Source: Antechinus flavipes
Taxonomy: Eukaryota
DNA: 64,000 nucleotides
Assembly: GCF_016432865.1 (NCBI RefSeq)
Contig: NC_067402.1
Coordinates: 292,206,001 to 292,270,000 of the forward strand
Direction of reading: 5' to 3'
Below the pieces are notes generated by a model. The model worked only from the letters and a program-made list of their open reading frames with translations, was not told the DNA's origin and did not search any database. Below are positions 1-11,205 of the stretch, piece by piece. Within the stretch, counting starts at the first letter, position 1. The number at the start of each line of letters is the position of its first letter. Both the position numbers and the translations under genes were made by a program.

Positions 1-186
1 TGCCTCATCCTCGTCCACGCCCTAAGCTTGGTGCTAGATACGGTGCTGAGCACTTTGGGCCCGGACTGCCTCCTTTTGGAGACAAGCACGCGTGTCCCCG
101 CGTCCCCAGCCCCAGGCCAGCCCCGTGCCCCTCCCCCAGGCCAGCTTCGCCCCTCCTTCCCCCACTCCCCCCTTCGGGGCTCTTAC

Positions 187-3100
187 TGGAGGAGCGGGAT
201 GTGCTGTTGACGAAGACGTTGAGGAACTTCTTGGAGAAGGTGAGGTCGGGGCTGTCCGGACTGTCCGGGGAGGCCGAGCCGCTGCGGCCGCCCAGAAGCA
301 GGTCTCGGGTCCCCGGAGCTCCCGGCCCCGACGGGGAGCCCGCGTCCTCGCTGCCGCTGTCGCTGCCGCTGTCGCTGGCCTGGCTGTCCTGGCTGAGCCC
401 GGAGGCGCAGCGCCGGAGACTCACCAGCTCCAGCTGCGTGTGCTCGTCCACCACGAGCGTGTATTTGACGGCGTCGTACACCAGAGACGCGTCTCGGGGG
501 GCTGTTGGGCCGGGCCCCAGCCCCAGCCCGCGCGGGGCCACCACTCCCGTGGCTTCCTCGTCTTCCTCCTCGTCTCCTTCTTCTTCGTCCTCCTCTTCCT
601 CTTCATCCTCCTCCTCATCTTCCTCGTCCTCCTCCTCTTCCTCGGAGCAGGCAGCCGAGCAGGCGCGGCTGGCGCGGGCGGCCCGGCCTGGCGCGCCCCA
701 CACGGGAGTGATGGTGTCCCGCGTGGGATTGCTGAGGAAGAGGAAGGGCCCGGGCTGGGCCGGCGGCGGACGCGCCGGGGCAGGGGGCCTGCCGGGGGGC
801 TGCAGGGCACCGCCGCCGCCGCCGCCCCCGCCCCCGCCTCCGCACAGAGTCTCCATGTCCACCAGCTCCAGCTCGATGCTAGCAGGGGCCCCCGGGGCAC
901 GCTCAGGCTCCCGCTCCTCCTCGTCCTCGTCCTCTTCCTCCTCTTCTTCCTCTTCCTCTTCTTCGGTATCCTCGAAGGCCAGCCCGGGGCCCGAGCGGCC
1001 CCCGCGGCCCCCACCGTCCGGAACGCGGCCCAGCTCCGAGGCGGACACCGAAGCGGACGTGGGGGAGATGGTGTCACTGGGGGAGGGCGGTGCTGGCGGC
1101 GCGGCGGCGGGGGCGGAGGCCGGCGCTGCGGGCGGGTGTCCCGGCCCGGGGGACAGGCACTGCGCCGGGCAGCTGATGGGCGACGAGCCCTCGGAGATGA
1201 GGCGGCTCACCAGGTTGCTGAGCAGCCACGGAGAGTCCGCGTCTTCGCTCACGTCGGGCTCCGACTCAGACCCCGATTCGTACTCGCTGTTGGCCTCGTC
1301 GGGTCCCGCAGGAGGTCCGGCAGGAGGTGCGGCCGGAGGCCCGGCAGGAGGCCCGGCCCCGGCCCCTCCCGGCCCCACGGGCAGATAGGCGGGCCGCCGC
1401 AGGCTGCCGGGGGGCTCGACGGGCGCCGCCAATGCTGACGGCTCGGGAAGCCGCGGGGAAGGCTCTAGGCCGGCCCCCGGGAGCCCGGACTCCAACGCCG
1501 GGCCGGCCTCGTGCTCCGGCTCGGCCTCCGGCTCCGAGGCGGGAGACGACGCCTCTTCTATAGAGTTGGTGAGGTGGGAGGAGCGGCCGCTGCTGCTGCC
1601 GCCGTCGCTGCTCAGGTCGAGCTCCGTCTCGGAGATGGAGGAGATCATGTGGCCCAGGCTTCGGCCCCCGGACCCGGGCCCCGCGGCCGCCAGCTCCCCT
1701 TCGGCGTCCTCGGAGTCCGAGCCCGAGCCCGAGCCCGAGCCCGGGGAGGACAGCTCCTGACTGCTCCGGAGGCCCCGGCCTCTGCCCCGGCCCCGGCTCC
1801 GGCTCCGGCTCCCGCTGGAGTGGCTGCGCAAGTCGGCCTCGATGCCCGGGTCCGAGGAGGGCGAGGAGCCGCCGGGAGCAGCCGGGTGCCCTGTGGAAGC
1901 CTCGGACCCCTCTCTGGGCCGGTTCCCTTCACAATCGTAGCCACTGGGGGGCCCACACTGTTCCTCCCGGTGCCCATCTGCGGTGCAAACATGAGACCCG
2001 CGATGTGCTGCAAGGAGAAAGGCGGGGCAGTAAGGGCTCCCAACCTCTCCTCCCCTCCCCCACAACCCCCCAGCCCTTTCCACCCGTTTAATAGATCTCT
2101 ACCCACTGCTCAATCCAGCCCCGACCCCAGCCTCCCAAGCCCTCTTTATTTAAAACTCCCCAAACCTCTTTCATTCACAGCTCCCCAGTGCCCCTTCATT
2201 CACAACCCAACCCCCTTTAGTCCTAGTTCCCTCAGCCCCCTTCGTTGATAGTTCCCCAATCCCCCTTCCATCACAGCTCCCCTAACCCCCTCTATTTATA
2301 ATTCCTCCAGCCCCTTTCATTCACAGCTCCCCAATCCTGCTTCATTCACAACTCCCCCAGCCCCCTTCATTCACAATTCCCTCAACCCCCTTTATTTATA
2401 GCTCTCCCAGCCTCCTTCATTCACAGTTCCCACTTTACCCACAGCTCCCTTGGCCTTAGTTCACCTACCATCCCCCTAAATGGATCCCCAGGCTTGGGGC
2501 TCCCCTCCCGAACTCCACACCTCCCTTCATTTTCTGAGCCCCTCTCTCTTTCTCTGTGCCTCATGTATAGTCCTTCTTTCTACTCTCTCACCATTGTGGG
2601 GCTCCTCCGTGGGTGAGGGCAGCAGGGTGTCCTGCCAAGTGGCCGGAGGAGGGGGAGAGAAGCCCCCGTTGTTGTTCAAAGAGTCCTGAGGGGAAGGGTC
2701 AAGGGGGAGCAGATGTATTAGATATGAGCTTTATAAGAGATGAATTCACTCATCCCTGAGCTGCACTTCAGGCTCCTGACCCAGAGACCCACTTCTAAAT
2801 CCCCCTTCTTTTCCACATAGAGCAGTATCTGCCAAGCATGCAGAAAAATGGGGAAGGGCTACAGGCCACACTGTGGAGCACAGGGGGAGCTGGCCCTGCT
2901 CTCAGGGTCTCATCTCACCTGGGTCCCAAGTGAGGTAAGGTTCAGGGTGGTGGGACGAGGTTTCTGGGGCTCTTGGGCAGAGGGAGATGGGATGAGGGGT
3001 GGTGATGGGGGTATTTCATGCCTGTGGCCCCCATCTTCTACCCCATCCCCATCCTCCTCCTCTTCCTCTTCCTCATTCTCATCAATCATCTCAAACTCCT

Positions 3101-6100
3101 GAAAATCATCTTGGAAGGAGCAGATAGGATGCGGGTGCTCTGAGCGTCCCAGAGAGAGGCTGTCCTGGAGGGAGACAGAAAGCCAGAGTGGGAAAACCCA
3201 GACATGGACAGAGACGGAGATCCAGGGGTGGACAGAGACAAAGACGGAGAGGTAGGGAGAGAGACCGAGAAATGGGAAGTGAAGACCTGGCAAAGAGGAA
3301 GCTAAAACACCCAAATATGAGAAGCCAGAGACCCAGAGATAATAAAGACAAGGGCTGTTAAGTGTTAAGGCTGAAACAGGAATTAAAAACCAACAGACCA
3401 GAACAATGGGTCTCAATTGAGTAAGGCCACAAGAGTAGTTTGGCCCAGTGAAGAGATCAGAGACTCAGAGCGCTGAGCATTGTACTATCCTGCCAACTCC
3501 AGATGCCACATTTTAGGGACAGCTTGGGGGGGGGGGGGTGTATACAGGACTGACCAGGACAATGAGGGCCATTCAGTTCTTGCCAGTCAAGATTCCTTTG
3601 AAGTGACTGGGGATATTTTGTGTGGAGAAGGGAGGGCTCTGGGGGACAGGAGGTATGCTCTGTTCAGGTTTTTGACGAGCTTTCATTTGTAAAAGGGATT
3701 AAGTGGAATAGAAAACTAGAAATGTGGCTTTGGAGCTTGGAGAGCCTGGGAGATTTATTCTTCAACAATGACTCTAACAATCAGTGGCTCTGTGTGTGTG
3801 TGTGTGTGTGTGTGTCCCTGAAACAGTCACCTGATTTTTCTCAAGTTCTAGGCAGCTCCCTAAGGCTGAGTGGCAGAGGAAGCTTCTGAGTTGCCCACGT
3901 GTCCACTCAGAAGCTCCTTATACCAATGACATGGAAGATCCAATTGCTATCTCTGTTCCCACTGGTTACCAGAGGACTGAACCAGGAGCAATGGGAAGGA
4001 TTTGTAAGGGAGCAAACTTAGACTAACAGCCCAACAGTGGGAGTTGGCCCAGAGTAGGAAGAGTTGCCTAGAAAAGTAGTAGGTTCCTTCTCCCTGGAGA
4101 GCTCCAGGCTATTTGCTGTTTGATCATTTGTCTGGTTTGTTGTAGAGGAACTCTTTGTTTAGAAAAGGGATGGACCCCGGGGCCCTCTGGGAACTCTTCC
4201 ACCTCCAGATTAGGTGATTGGTTTGGGCCTGGGTTAGAATAGCTAGAGACTTAATGAGCCACAGCATAAACCAGCACCCTTAGGGATAAGTCCCAAAAGG
4301 CAGGTATCTAGCAACAAGAGGGAAGGTTAGACCCTGAGAGGATTTCCATATTAAGGGACTGATAGGGACCCAAAGCTTCCCCATCTCACAGACACCACAG
4401 GAGAACAGAATAGCAGAAGCCCAGCCCCTCCCTGCTACACCCCATCTGTCCTGCATGGGCTCCTGCGCCAACACCCCTACCCCTCCAGCCCCACCTCCTC
4501 CCCACCTTCTCACAAGGGTCCGAATCATAGTTGAGACCAATGCCACAGTCATCGGTGATCTCAGACAGATCTTCGTCATCAAATTCTTCCAGGCTGATGT
4601 CCTGGGGAGGCCTGAGGGGGCAGAGGGATGAGGGATCCTGTAAAAGCCATCTTCCCACCCTAGCCCCATCCGTTGATCCCTGGGAAAAGCCTGCTGAAGC
4701 AGGGGGCACTGCTTCAAAGCAAGCAATACTAGAGTGGATTTGGGACTTGGCTCAGCTACCAACCCCTCCCTCCCTCCAGAGCTACCGAATGGGAGTGGGG
4801 CAGGGAAAATGGGTCCCCTGGGGAACTGTTGCAGTTCTTTATCTTTCAGATTCCCTGAGAAGAAGATTTTTCCAGATACTAAAGTAAAGGAGCATTATGG
4901 GAGATAGGAAGGTGTGGATTCAAGTCTTGCTTCTGGCTGTGTGATCTCGGGCAAGTCATTTAACCCCTATAGTGCTCCCAGGTAACACTCTAAGATTATA
5001 CTGAGTTACATAATAAGTCTTATTATAAAACTATAAGAGTTGTTTGAAGGTTTGGAGAGACAAAAAGAGAGGTGGAAGGGAGGAGACAAGAAAGAAGAGG
5101 AAAGGGAGGAGAGGAGAGAAAAGAAGAAAAGAGGAGGAGAAGAAGAGAGGGGAAGAGAGTAGAGGAGAGAGGTGGAGAAGGTAGAGGAAAGGAGAGAGAA
5201 TGGGATCCAAGGAAGAAGAGGAGAAAGGAGGAGAGGAGAGGGGAGCAGAGGAGCGAGGAGAAGAGGAGAGGAAGAAAAAGAGAAGGGGGAGAGGACTCAA
5301 TAAACAAGCCCAGAGAGCTTAGGCATCTTCTCTGGGCCCAACTAGGCCTCCAGGCTCCAAAATTCCTTGCACACTTCCCATTAAATAGCCCTCAGACATC
5401 CACAGTTCACATATCCTTTTCCCCCTAGCCCAATGTCAATTCCACCCATAATCCACTGATTTCAGAATGGTTCTTGGATCCTCAGAGAAGTGTCCAGCTG
5501 AAACCTTGTTTCAGACAATCCCCTGAAAGTTCTCAATAATAATGATAGGTCATTTCACCACCACCATACCTGACTTCAATACCCCCAGAGGAGCATCTGA
5601 ATATCTGCTCTCCAGGCTCCTTTTAGCATCCCCATGAGGCCTCTATAGAGAGCCCACCTTCCTTTCTCTGTTCTCCCCAAATTAGCCAAATATATTTTGT
5701 GACAAATGACATTTTCAAGGCCAGATTCATCCATTGTAGATTTGTATTTGCTTTATTCCTTTACTCCTGCCTGGGAATCCTTTTTTATTCATTTTGTATT
5801 GTCCCCTATTCCACTCTCTGCCCATTCTTCTCCTCCTGAAGCACCCAGTGCAGTTTCTGCCCCCTCTTCCTCAGCTGACAGAAGTCCTTATGTTTTGAAA
5901 AGTTTGAGGTCATCCACTGAGAACTGCCTGGAACCTATTACAGAGAGGAACCTAGTAAATAGAGCCCTGAACCTGGATTCAGAAAGAGCTGAATTCAAAT
6001 CCAGATACGGACATTTACAATCTCTTCTTCCCCTAATATTCCCCTAATATTGATGTGTCCAAGAAGTCTGTCCTGAGTCCCTTCTCTCCCTATTCTCTTG

Positions 6101-8800
6101 TCCATCCTGCTTTGTGATCTCACCCACTCTCCAGCCAGATCTCTATAGAGAAGACCACCAAATCTGTATCTTCAGCCCTGCATGGTCTCCTGAGCTTCCA
6201 CTGGTCCTCTGCCCACTGGACATCTCCACCTGGGATATCCCAAACTGGTGCTAATGGGAGATAGGTGGAATGGGAACTGAATGAAGTTGGGGGCTCCAAG
6301 AGGTGGGGTTGGGGGACCTCTGAGAAGGCCTTTGTTAGCATATAAGGGGAGCCCCTGGACAGCTAGGGATTGATATATAGGGCCCAGGACACAGTAGTTC
6401 CCAACCATTCATTCTTGAATTCCCACCTCTCCTCTCCTCTCCCCTCCTTCCCTCCCCCCTCTTTCTTTCTCTCTCTCCAAACTTTCAAACCACAATTCTT
6501 ATGGTTTTATAATATGACTTGTTCTTATAGTTTTATAATACGACAATATAAAGATAATTGAGTCTCATCTTAGAGTATTACCTAGGGGCACTGTAGTTAA
6601 GTGATTTGTCACATAACCAGAATAAGACTCGAACCCACACTTTCCTGTCTCCCATAATGCTTTTCCCTACTTTACTTTCTGGGTTTGGGTCTGGAACTCC
6701 CACAAGTGAACCAGACATATCCCAAACCAACCTTTTCCCCCCAGCTCTAGTCCTCCTCCCAGATCTGTCATTTACATCTTAGGCACCTAGACTTGAAACC
6801 TCATTGTTTCTCTCAATTCCATCTCTAACCAGTTGTCAAACCTTATTGTTTCTACCTCCACATCTCTGTATCCATCCATTTCCACAGAAGCAGCACCCTA
6901 ATTCAGACCCCCATCACCTTTCACCTGGATTATTACAATAACCTCCTAACTGATCTGTCTGTTTCTAGCCCCCCTTTCTCTCTTCAACCTGACCTGATCA
7001 TGTTATCAGGTTACTTTTTCTTATGTACACCATTCACAAATCACTCGAAGACTCCCAAATGCCCACGAGATGCCTTTTTTCTTGGTTTAAAGTCTTCTGC
7101 GATCTTTTCTTTTCTAGTTTTACCCTCAACCAACTGGAGGGATGTCCATGGCCTGCCACACATCTCATACTTTCCCATCTCCGTGTCTTTATATTCCCAT
7201 TGCCTGAAATGCTATCCCCCTTCACCATCTGCATTTGGGGAAATCCTACCCATTCTTAAAAACTCAGCTCAAAAGCCGCCTCCTCCAGGTGGCCTTCTCT
7301 GATCCCCTGCCTTAAGGCCCAGTTGGTAACAAGCTTCCCCGAGCAATTTTGGAGCATTCCGATGCCCTTCTTCCTTACGGGCTTTACTACATTTGTTCAT
7401 GTTTTTCTCTTTGCTTATGAACCCCTTCCATCCTCCACAAGGGCAAAGCCCAAGGTTCATTGGTCTTTGTCTCTCTGCCAGGGCCTATCACTGCTGCAAC
7501 TGGCACAAATAAGGGCTTAATCGACACAAGGGATGGTTGGGACCTACTGTGTCCTTGACTACTTTGCATCAAGCCCTGGCTCTCCAAGGGTTCCCTTTCC
7601 ACTCCTTACAACAAAGGCTCTCTCAGAGGTCCCCCACCCCACTTCCTATAGCCCCCAACTTCCTTCAGTTCCCCCTTTACCTATCAGACCCATCTCACAG
7701 CAGCACCAGAACTTTGGCTCCCACAGGGAAGGACAGAGCAGGATAGGACTAGGCCAGCTCCCATAGGTTTGGCACCTGCCTAAAGGTCTGGGTTAGTTCA
7801 GGGGTCCCTCTCTTCCTGTTCCTCATCTTCAGTCCTAACCCACAACCCCGCCCTTCCCCAGGGGAGCTTTGCTGAGCTGGAGGGGGGGGGTGTTGGGACT
7901 GGTGCTGCAGCAGCTGATGGGGAGGAGAGAAGGGGTGGAGCATAAGGGAAGGAGCAAGGCCCTGTTTGTCCCCCTCCCCCAGGTATCCTACCCCTCCCCA
8001 AGGACTCCATTTCCCTTCCCTAGTCCACTCTCCTGGCTCCACCCCCTAACTTCAGCTCTGGACCAGGTCCCATCCCCCATCCTCCTTATCCCCCTCCCCC
8101 AAACTCTTCCACAGACTCCATCCTCTTTCCTCAGACCCTGAACCCCAGCCTTTTACTCAGGCTCCGTTACCCTTTGCTGTCCAGGCCCAGATACAGGCCA
8201 GGCCTGCAGTAGTGGAAGGATGTCGCAGGTCCTGGACGGAGGGACAATGGCCCCGGGCCCAGGACTGTGGCCAGCTATGGCCTTTCATTGCGGGCCGGAC
8301 TTCGGGGATGGAAGGTCCAGGCCCGAAAAGGAGAGCGCAGGTCTGAGAAGGAAGGGGGAGACCTAGAGACGGAGGGATTGGGGGAGGGGCAGGAGGCCTG
8401 GAGCCGGAGGGCGCCTGAACAGTTAGAAAAGGGATGGGGACAGAGGATGAAAGATGGGGTGGCAGGGGGTGGAGAAAGCAGGGGATGAGGACGCAGGGAA
8501 GGGGCACCAGGAAACGAGGCTGCGAGGGAGCCGGGGGATGGGGAAGGAAGAATTGGAAGCCAAAGGAAAGGGGACCAGGAGATGGGGGTGGGAGAGGGGC
8601 CAGGGGAGGGGGTAGATGAGTAATCGAGGAGGGGAGAGGGTGCTGACCTGGAGAGGGCCCTAAAGGAGGGAGGATGGGAGAGGACTCGGAGAGGGTGCGG
8701 GAAGTAGCCGAGGTCTGAGTGTCCCAGGTACCTACCTGCCTCCCGGCGGTGACAGGGAGTGGAAGGTAGAGAGAGAAAACATCTCCGCCCGATCCGCCAT
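187..8800 (-). CDS. MAPK8IP2: JNK-interacting protein 2 (JIP2/IB2), coding exons 1-5; 3' exons (SH3/PTB) lie outside the window
   Basis: Exons: 8736-8800 (65 nt, [20 protein letters not shown]), 4506-4611 (106 nt, [23 protein letters not shown]), 2919-3164 (246 nt, [28 protein letters not shown]...RPTTLNL), 2592-2685 (94 nt, DSLNNNGGF), 187-2007 (1821 nt, ...[27 protein letters not shown]...[16 protein letters not shown]). All have GT/AG boundaries with consistent phase. Confidence 0.97.
2135..2450. repeat. Degenerate ~25-bp minisatellite (CCCCCTTCATTCACAGCTCCCCAAT-like), about a dozen copies, in MAPK8IP2 intron 4
   Basis: Recurring ttcattcaca/tttatttata cores at ~25-nt spacing. Confidence 0.8.
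4912..5062 (+). mobile_element. CORE-SINE (MIR-like) fragment; a similar copy is inverted at 6468-6640
   Basis: ctgtgtgatctcgggcaagtcatttaacc is the CORE-SINE motif. The reverse complement aligns by eye to 6468-6640. Confidence 0.6.
5063..5295. repeat. Purine-rich (GA/GGA/GAA) low-complexity tract
   Basis: Almost exclusively A and G on the plus strand. Confidence 0.9.
6245..7709. repeat. Diverged inverted repeat pair: arms 6245-6408 and 7533-7709
   Basis: The reverse complement of 6245-6408 (atggttgggaactactgtgtcc...aacaaaggccttctcagaggtccccc...gcccccaacttcattcagttccc...agcaccag) aligns with 7533-7709 (atggttgggacctactgtgtcc...aacaaaggctctctcagaggtccccc...gcccccaacttccttcagttccc...agcaccag). 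Confidence 0.85.
6780..7310 (+). mobile_element. LINE-2 fragment
   Basis: ~6899-6958 translates to [20 protein letters not shown], resembling the L2 RT C-terminal motif ALIISxLDYCNSLL. Confidence 0.65.
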
Positions 8801-9300
8801 CTTCTCCCGGGGAAAGGCTGCCCGACTGCGGAGATGGGGGGAGGGGTGGACGGCGCCGCCAGCCCCCGCCCCGGCTCCCTCGCTTGCCGTTCGTCCCCCC
8901 ACTGTCCAGTGAGCCCCACGCACCCCGCGACCGCCGCCGCCGTCCGAGACACCCGGAGCAGATACCGCGGCTGCACAGGCAGCAGTGCCGCAGGGGGAGG
9001 GGGAGGGAGGGGCAGGATGGAAAGGGGGAGGAGGTGAGATGAGGGGGGAGGGGAGCCTGACCGGGAAGCTGGTTGGTGGATGCGAGACCAAGGGGATCCG
9101 GTGCAGATGAGGGGATCGGGTGTAGGGGAATCAGGCAGGGCAGCGGTGTGGGGGCGAGGACCGCGGAGGCAAAGGATGCTGAAGATCCATCCGGTTGGGA
9201 ACGGATGATGTCGTAAGGCAGAGGAAGAGGGGCTGCTGGGTAGAGGCGCGCAGCTGCAGGGGAGCAGACAGGGCCGGGGTCCAAGGTCTCGAGGGACCAG
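8780..9300 (-). promoter_or_regulatory. CpG-rich promoter/5' UTR region of MAPK8IP2
   Basis: GC- and CpG-rich stretch immediately upstream of the ATG at 8800. Confidence 0.7.
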
Positions 9301-9395
9301 GGGGATGAGGGAGGCAGCGGTAGGACAGACTGACCGATCTGTCAGACTTGAGGATGTCGGGAGGTCGGCAGAGAGCACGAGGCTGCAGGGGCGGT

Positions 9396-9690
9396 GGAGC
9401 TGTCCGAGACTAAGCCGAGATGGAGCTGTCCATGGAGAAGGTTCTGATGCAGCCGAGACCTAGCTGTGGCTCCTCAGGGAAATAACGGGAGCTGGCCCTG
9501 AAGCGGACGTCGCGGGACGGACACGAAGCTGTCCATCCCGAGGTCTCGGTGGGGTCGGAAAGGAGCTGTCCGTGACCCCGAAGAGAGTGTTGACAGGGCT
9601 GGGACAGAACCGAAGATCCGTGAAGACTCCGGGGGCCTGAGACATAATTTGATGTGGTTGAAATGGAGCTGTCCACGAAGAAGGTACCGA
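9396..9690 (-). promoter_or_regulatory. Cluster of REST/NRSF RE1 right half-sites, two paired with left-half-like sequence across 8-bp spacers
   Basis: GGAGCTGTCC (reverse complement GGACAGCTCC) at 9396, 9422, 9562 and 9665; variants at 9488 and 9525. The 9422 copy is followed after 8 nt by GGTTCTGAT, and the 9665 copy after 8 nt by GGTACCGAC. Confidence 0.6.
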
Positions 9691-10019
9691 CGGGTTGGAA
9701 CGTAGGTGGCCATCCTTTGGTTACTGCCCGGGCTGAAACGGACCTGGAATCGGGGATGAGATTAAGCAGCCCCTTCTCTGTATGAATCTTTATGTTTTAA
9801 GTGTGTTTGTAAACAACAAATTGCTGGATTTTGCTTCCTCATTTTATTCTGCCTTTGATGGGCAAGTTCATCCCTGCACATACAATTATTGTTAGTTGTG
9901 TGTTTGTTTTTTTAACCTGCATTTCATCCTAGCCTCACACTTTAAAAGGGAAAAGAAATAGAAGGGAGGTGATAGAAGCACAACTTAGCTAGAAGTGAAG
10001 CAGTGTTATCCCCAATCCA

Positions 10020-10165
10020 GTTCCCTCCCTCCCGCCCTCTCTGTCGCTTTCTTCATCTCAGTCTGTCTGTCTCTGTCTCTCTGTCTGTGTGTGTGTCTGT
10101 CTCTCTGTCTCTGTCTCTGTCTCTCTCTGTCTCTGTCTCTCTCTCTCCCTCTTCCTTCTCTGTCT
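10020..10165. repeat. (TC)/(TG) compound microsatellite
   Basis: Direct reading of ctgtct/ctct/gtgt runs. Confidence 0.9.
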
Positions 10166-11170
10166 AGCTCCCTCCTTTCTGCAATCACCCTAGCAGTTCT
10201 TCCTGTTTGAAATTTGTTTTACTGATAACTATCCCTAACTCTACCTCCCACTTTTTTTTTCCTTAAACCCTTCTCTTGCATCTCCTTGCTCCCAGCCCAA
10301 TCCCCTATCGACTTTATTTTATTTCTATACTATTTCTACCTCCATGTCTCCTTTTTAGACCTATATTACAATTGTTCCTTAAATTTCACAGCCTTTCATC
10401 CCAAATCCCATATTTGTTTTATTTGTTTTCTTGGGAATAGTTCACTTATTAAAATGATGTTTCTCCATCCTCTTACCCATTCTGTCCCTAGAATGTTCCT
10501 ACAATAAAAAATATGACCAAGACTTTGCCTTTGCTTGCCTGTTTTTATTCCCTCATTGTTCTTTAAAGTATTTGGGGGGACTGGCTTCTGAAAAAGTGAT
10601 AGTCTCTTCTCCCCCATTCAGAATGCATGTTTCTGATCATTGTTTAATCCTTTTGAGCCTGAATAGCCCATCCTAAAAACAATGACGGATGAGAGGTAAA
10701 GTTATCCATCCAGGAGCTGCTCTGGTGTGATGTGTTAGAAAGAATGCTCGGCTTGACATCAGAGAATCTGGGTTCAGATCCTGATTCTGCTACTGGTGTA
10801 ACCTTGGTCAAGTCACTTAATGTCTTTGTACTTTTCTCATCTGCAATATGAGGGGGTTGCCCTGGCTGGCGTCCAACGTCCCTTCCAATTCCCAATATAT
10901 GGTCATATGATGGATCTTTAATGGAGTCTTCCATTCTGAAAGCAGTAATGGAGTTGGATCAGTGATGCTGATGACTCAGGAATAAGACTTCCTCTCCAAA
11001 GCTTATCAGCATGACTAAATCAGTGTTATCTCTCCAAAGCAAACGCTCAGACTGGGCCAATGTGAACTATACAAAATGTACTAGTGGGACTGAATCAATG
11101 TAAAGTGTTATGCAAACCTTGGAGGGCTATATAAATGCTAGCTATTAATAATGATCATGAAAGTGATAAT

Positions 11171-11205
<35 letters not shown>

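Noticed and set aside
92-1438. Long plus-strand ORFs (92-1438, 201-1388, 1511-2248) opposite MAPK8IP2 exon 5
   Set aside because: Antisense shadows of GC-rich, triplet-repeat coding DNA; low-complexity products with no family signal.
5-2083. 692-aa ORF taken as a single-exon gene
   Set aside because: It is exon 5 plus intronic overhangs; splice sites at 2007 and 187 delimit the coding part.
8157-9378. 367-375 aa Pro-rich minus-strand ORFs
   Set aside because: Compositional ORFs across the promoter and intron 1; only 8736-8800 matches JIP2.
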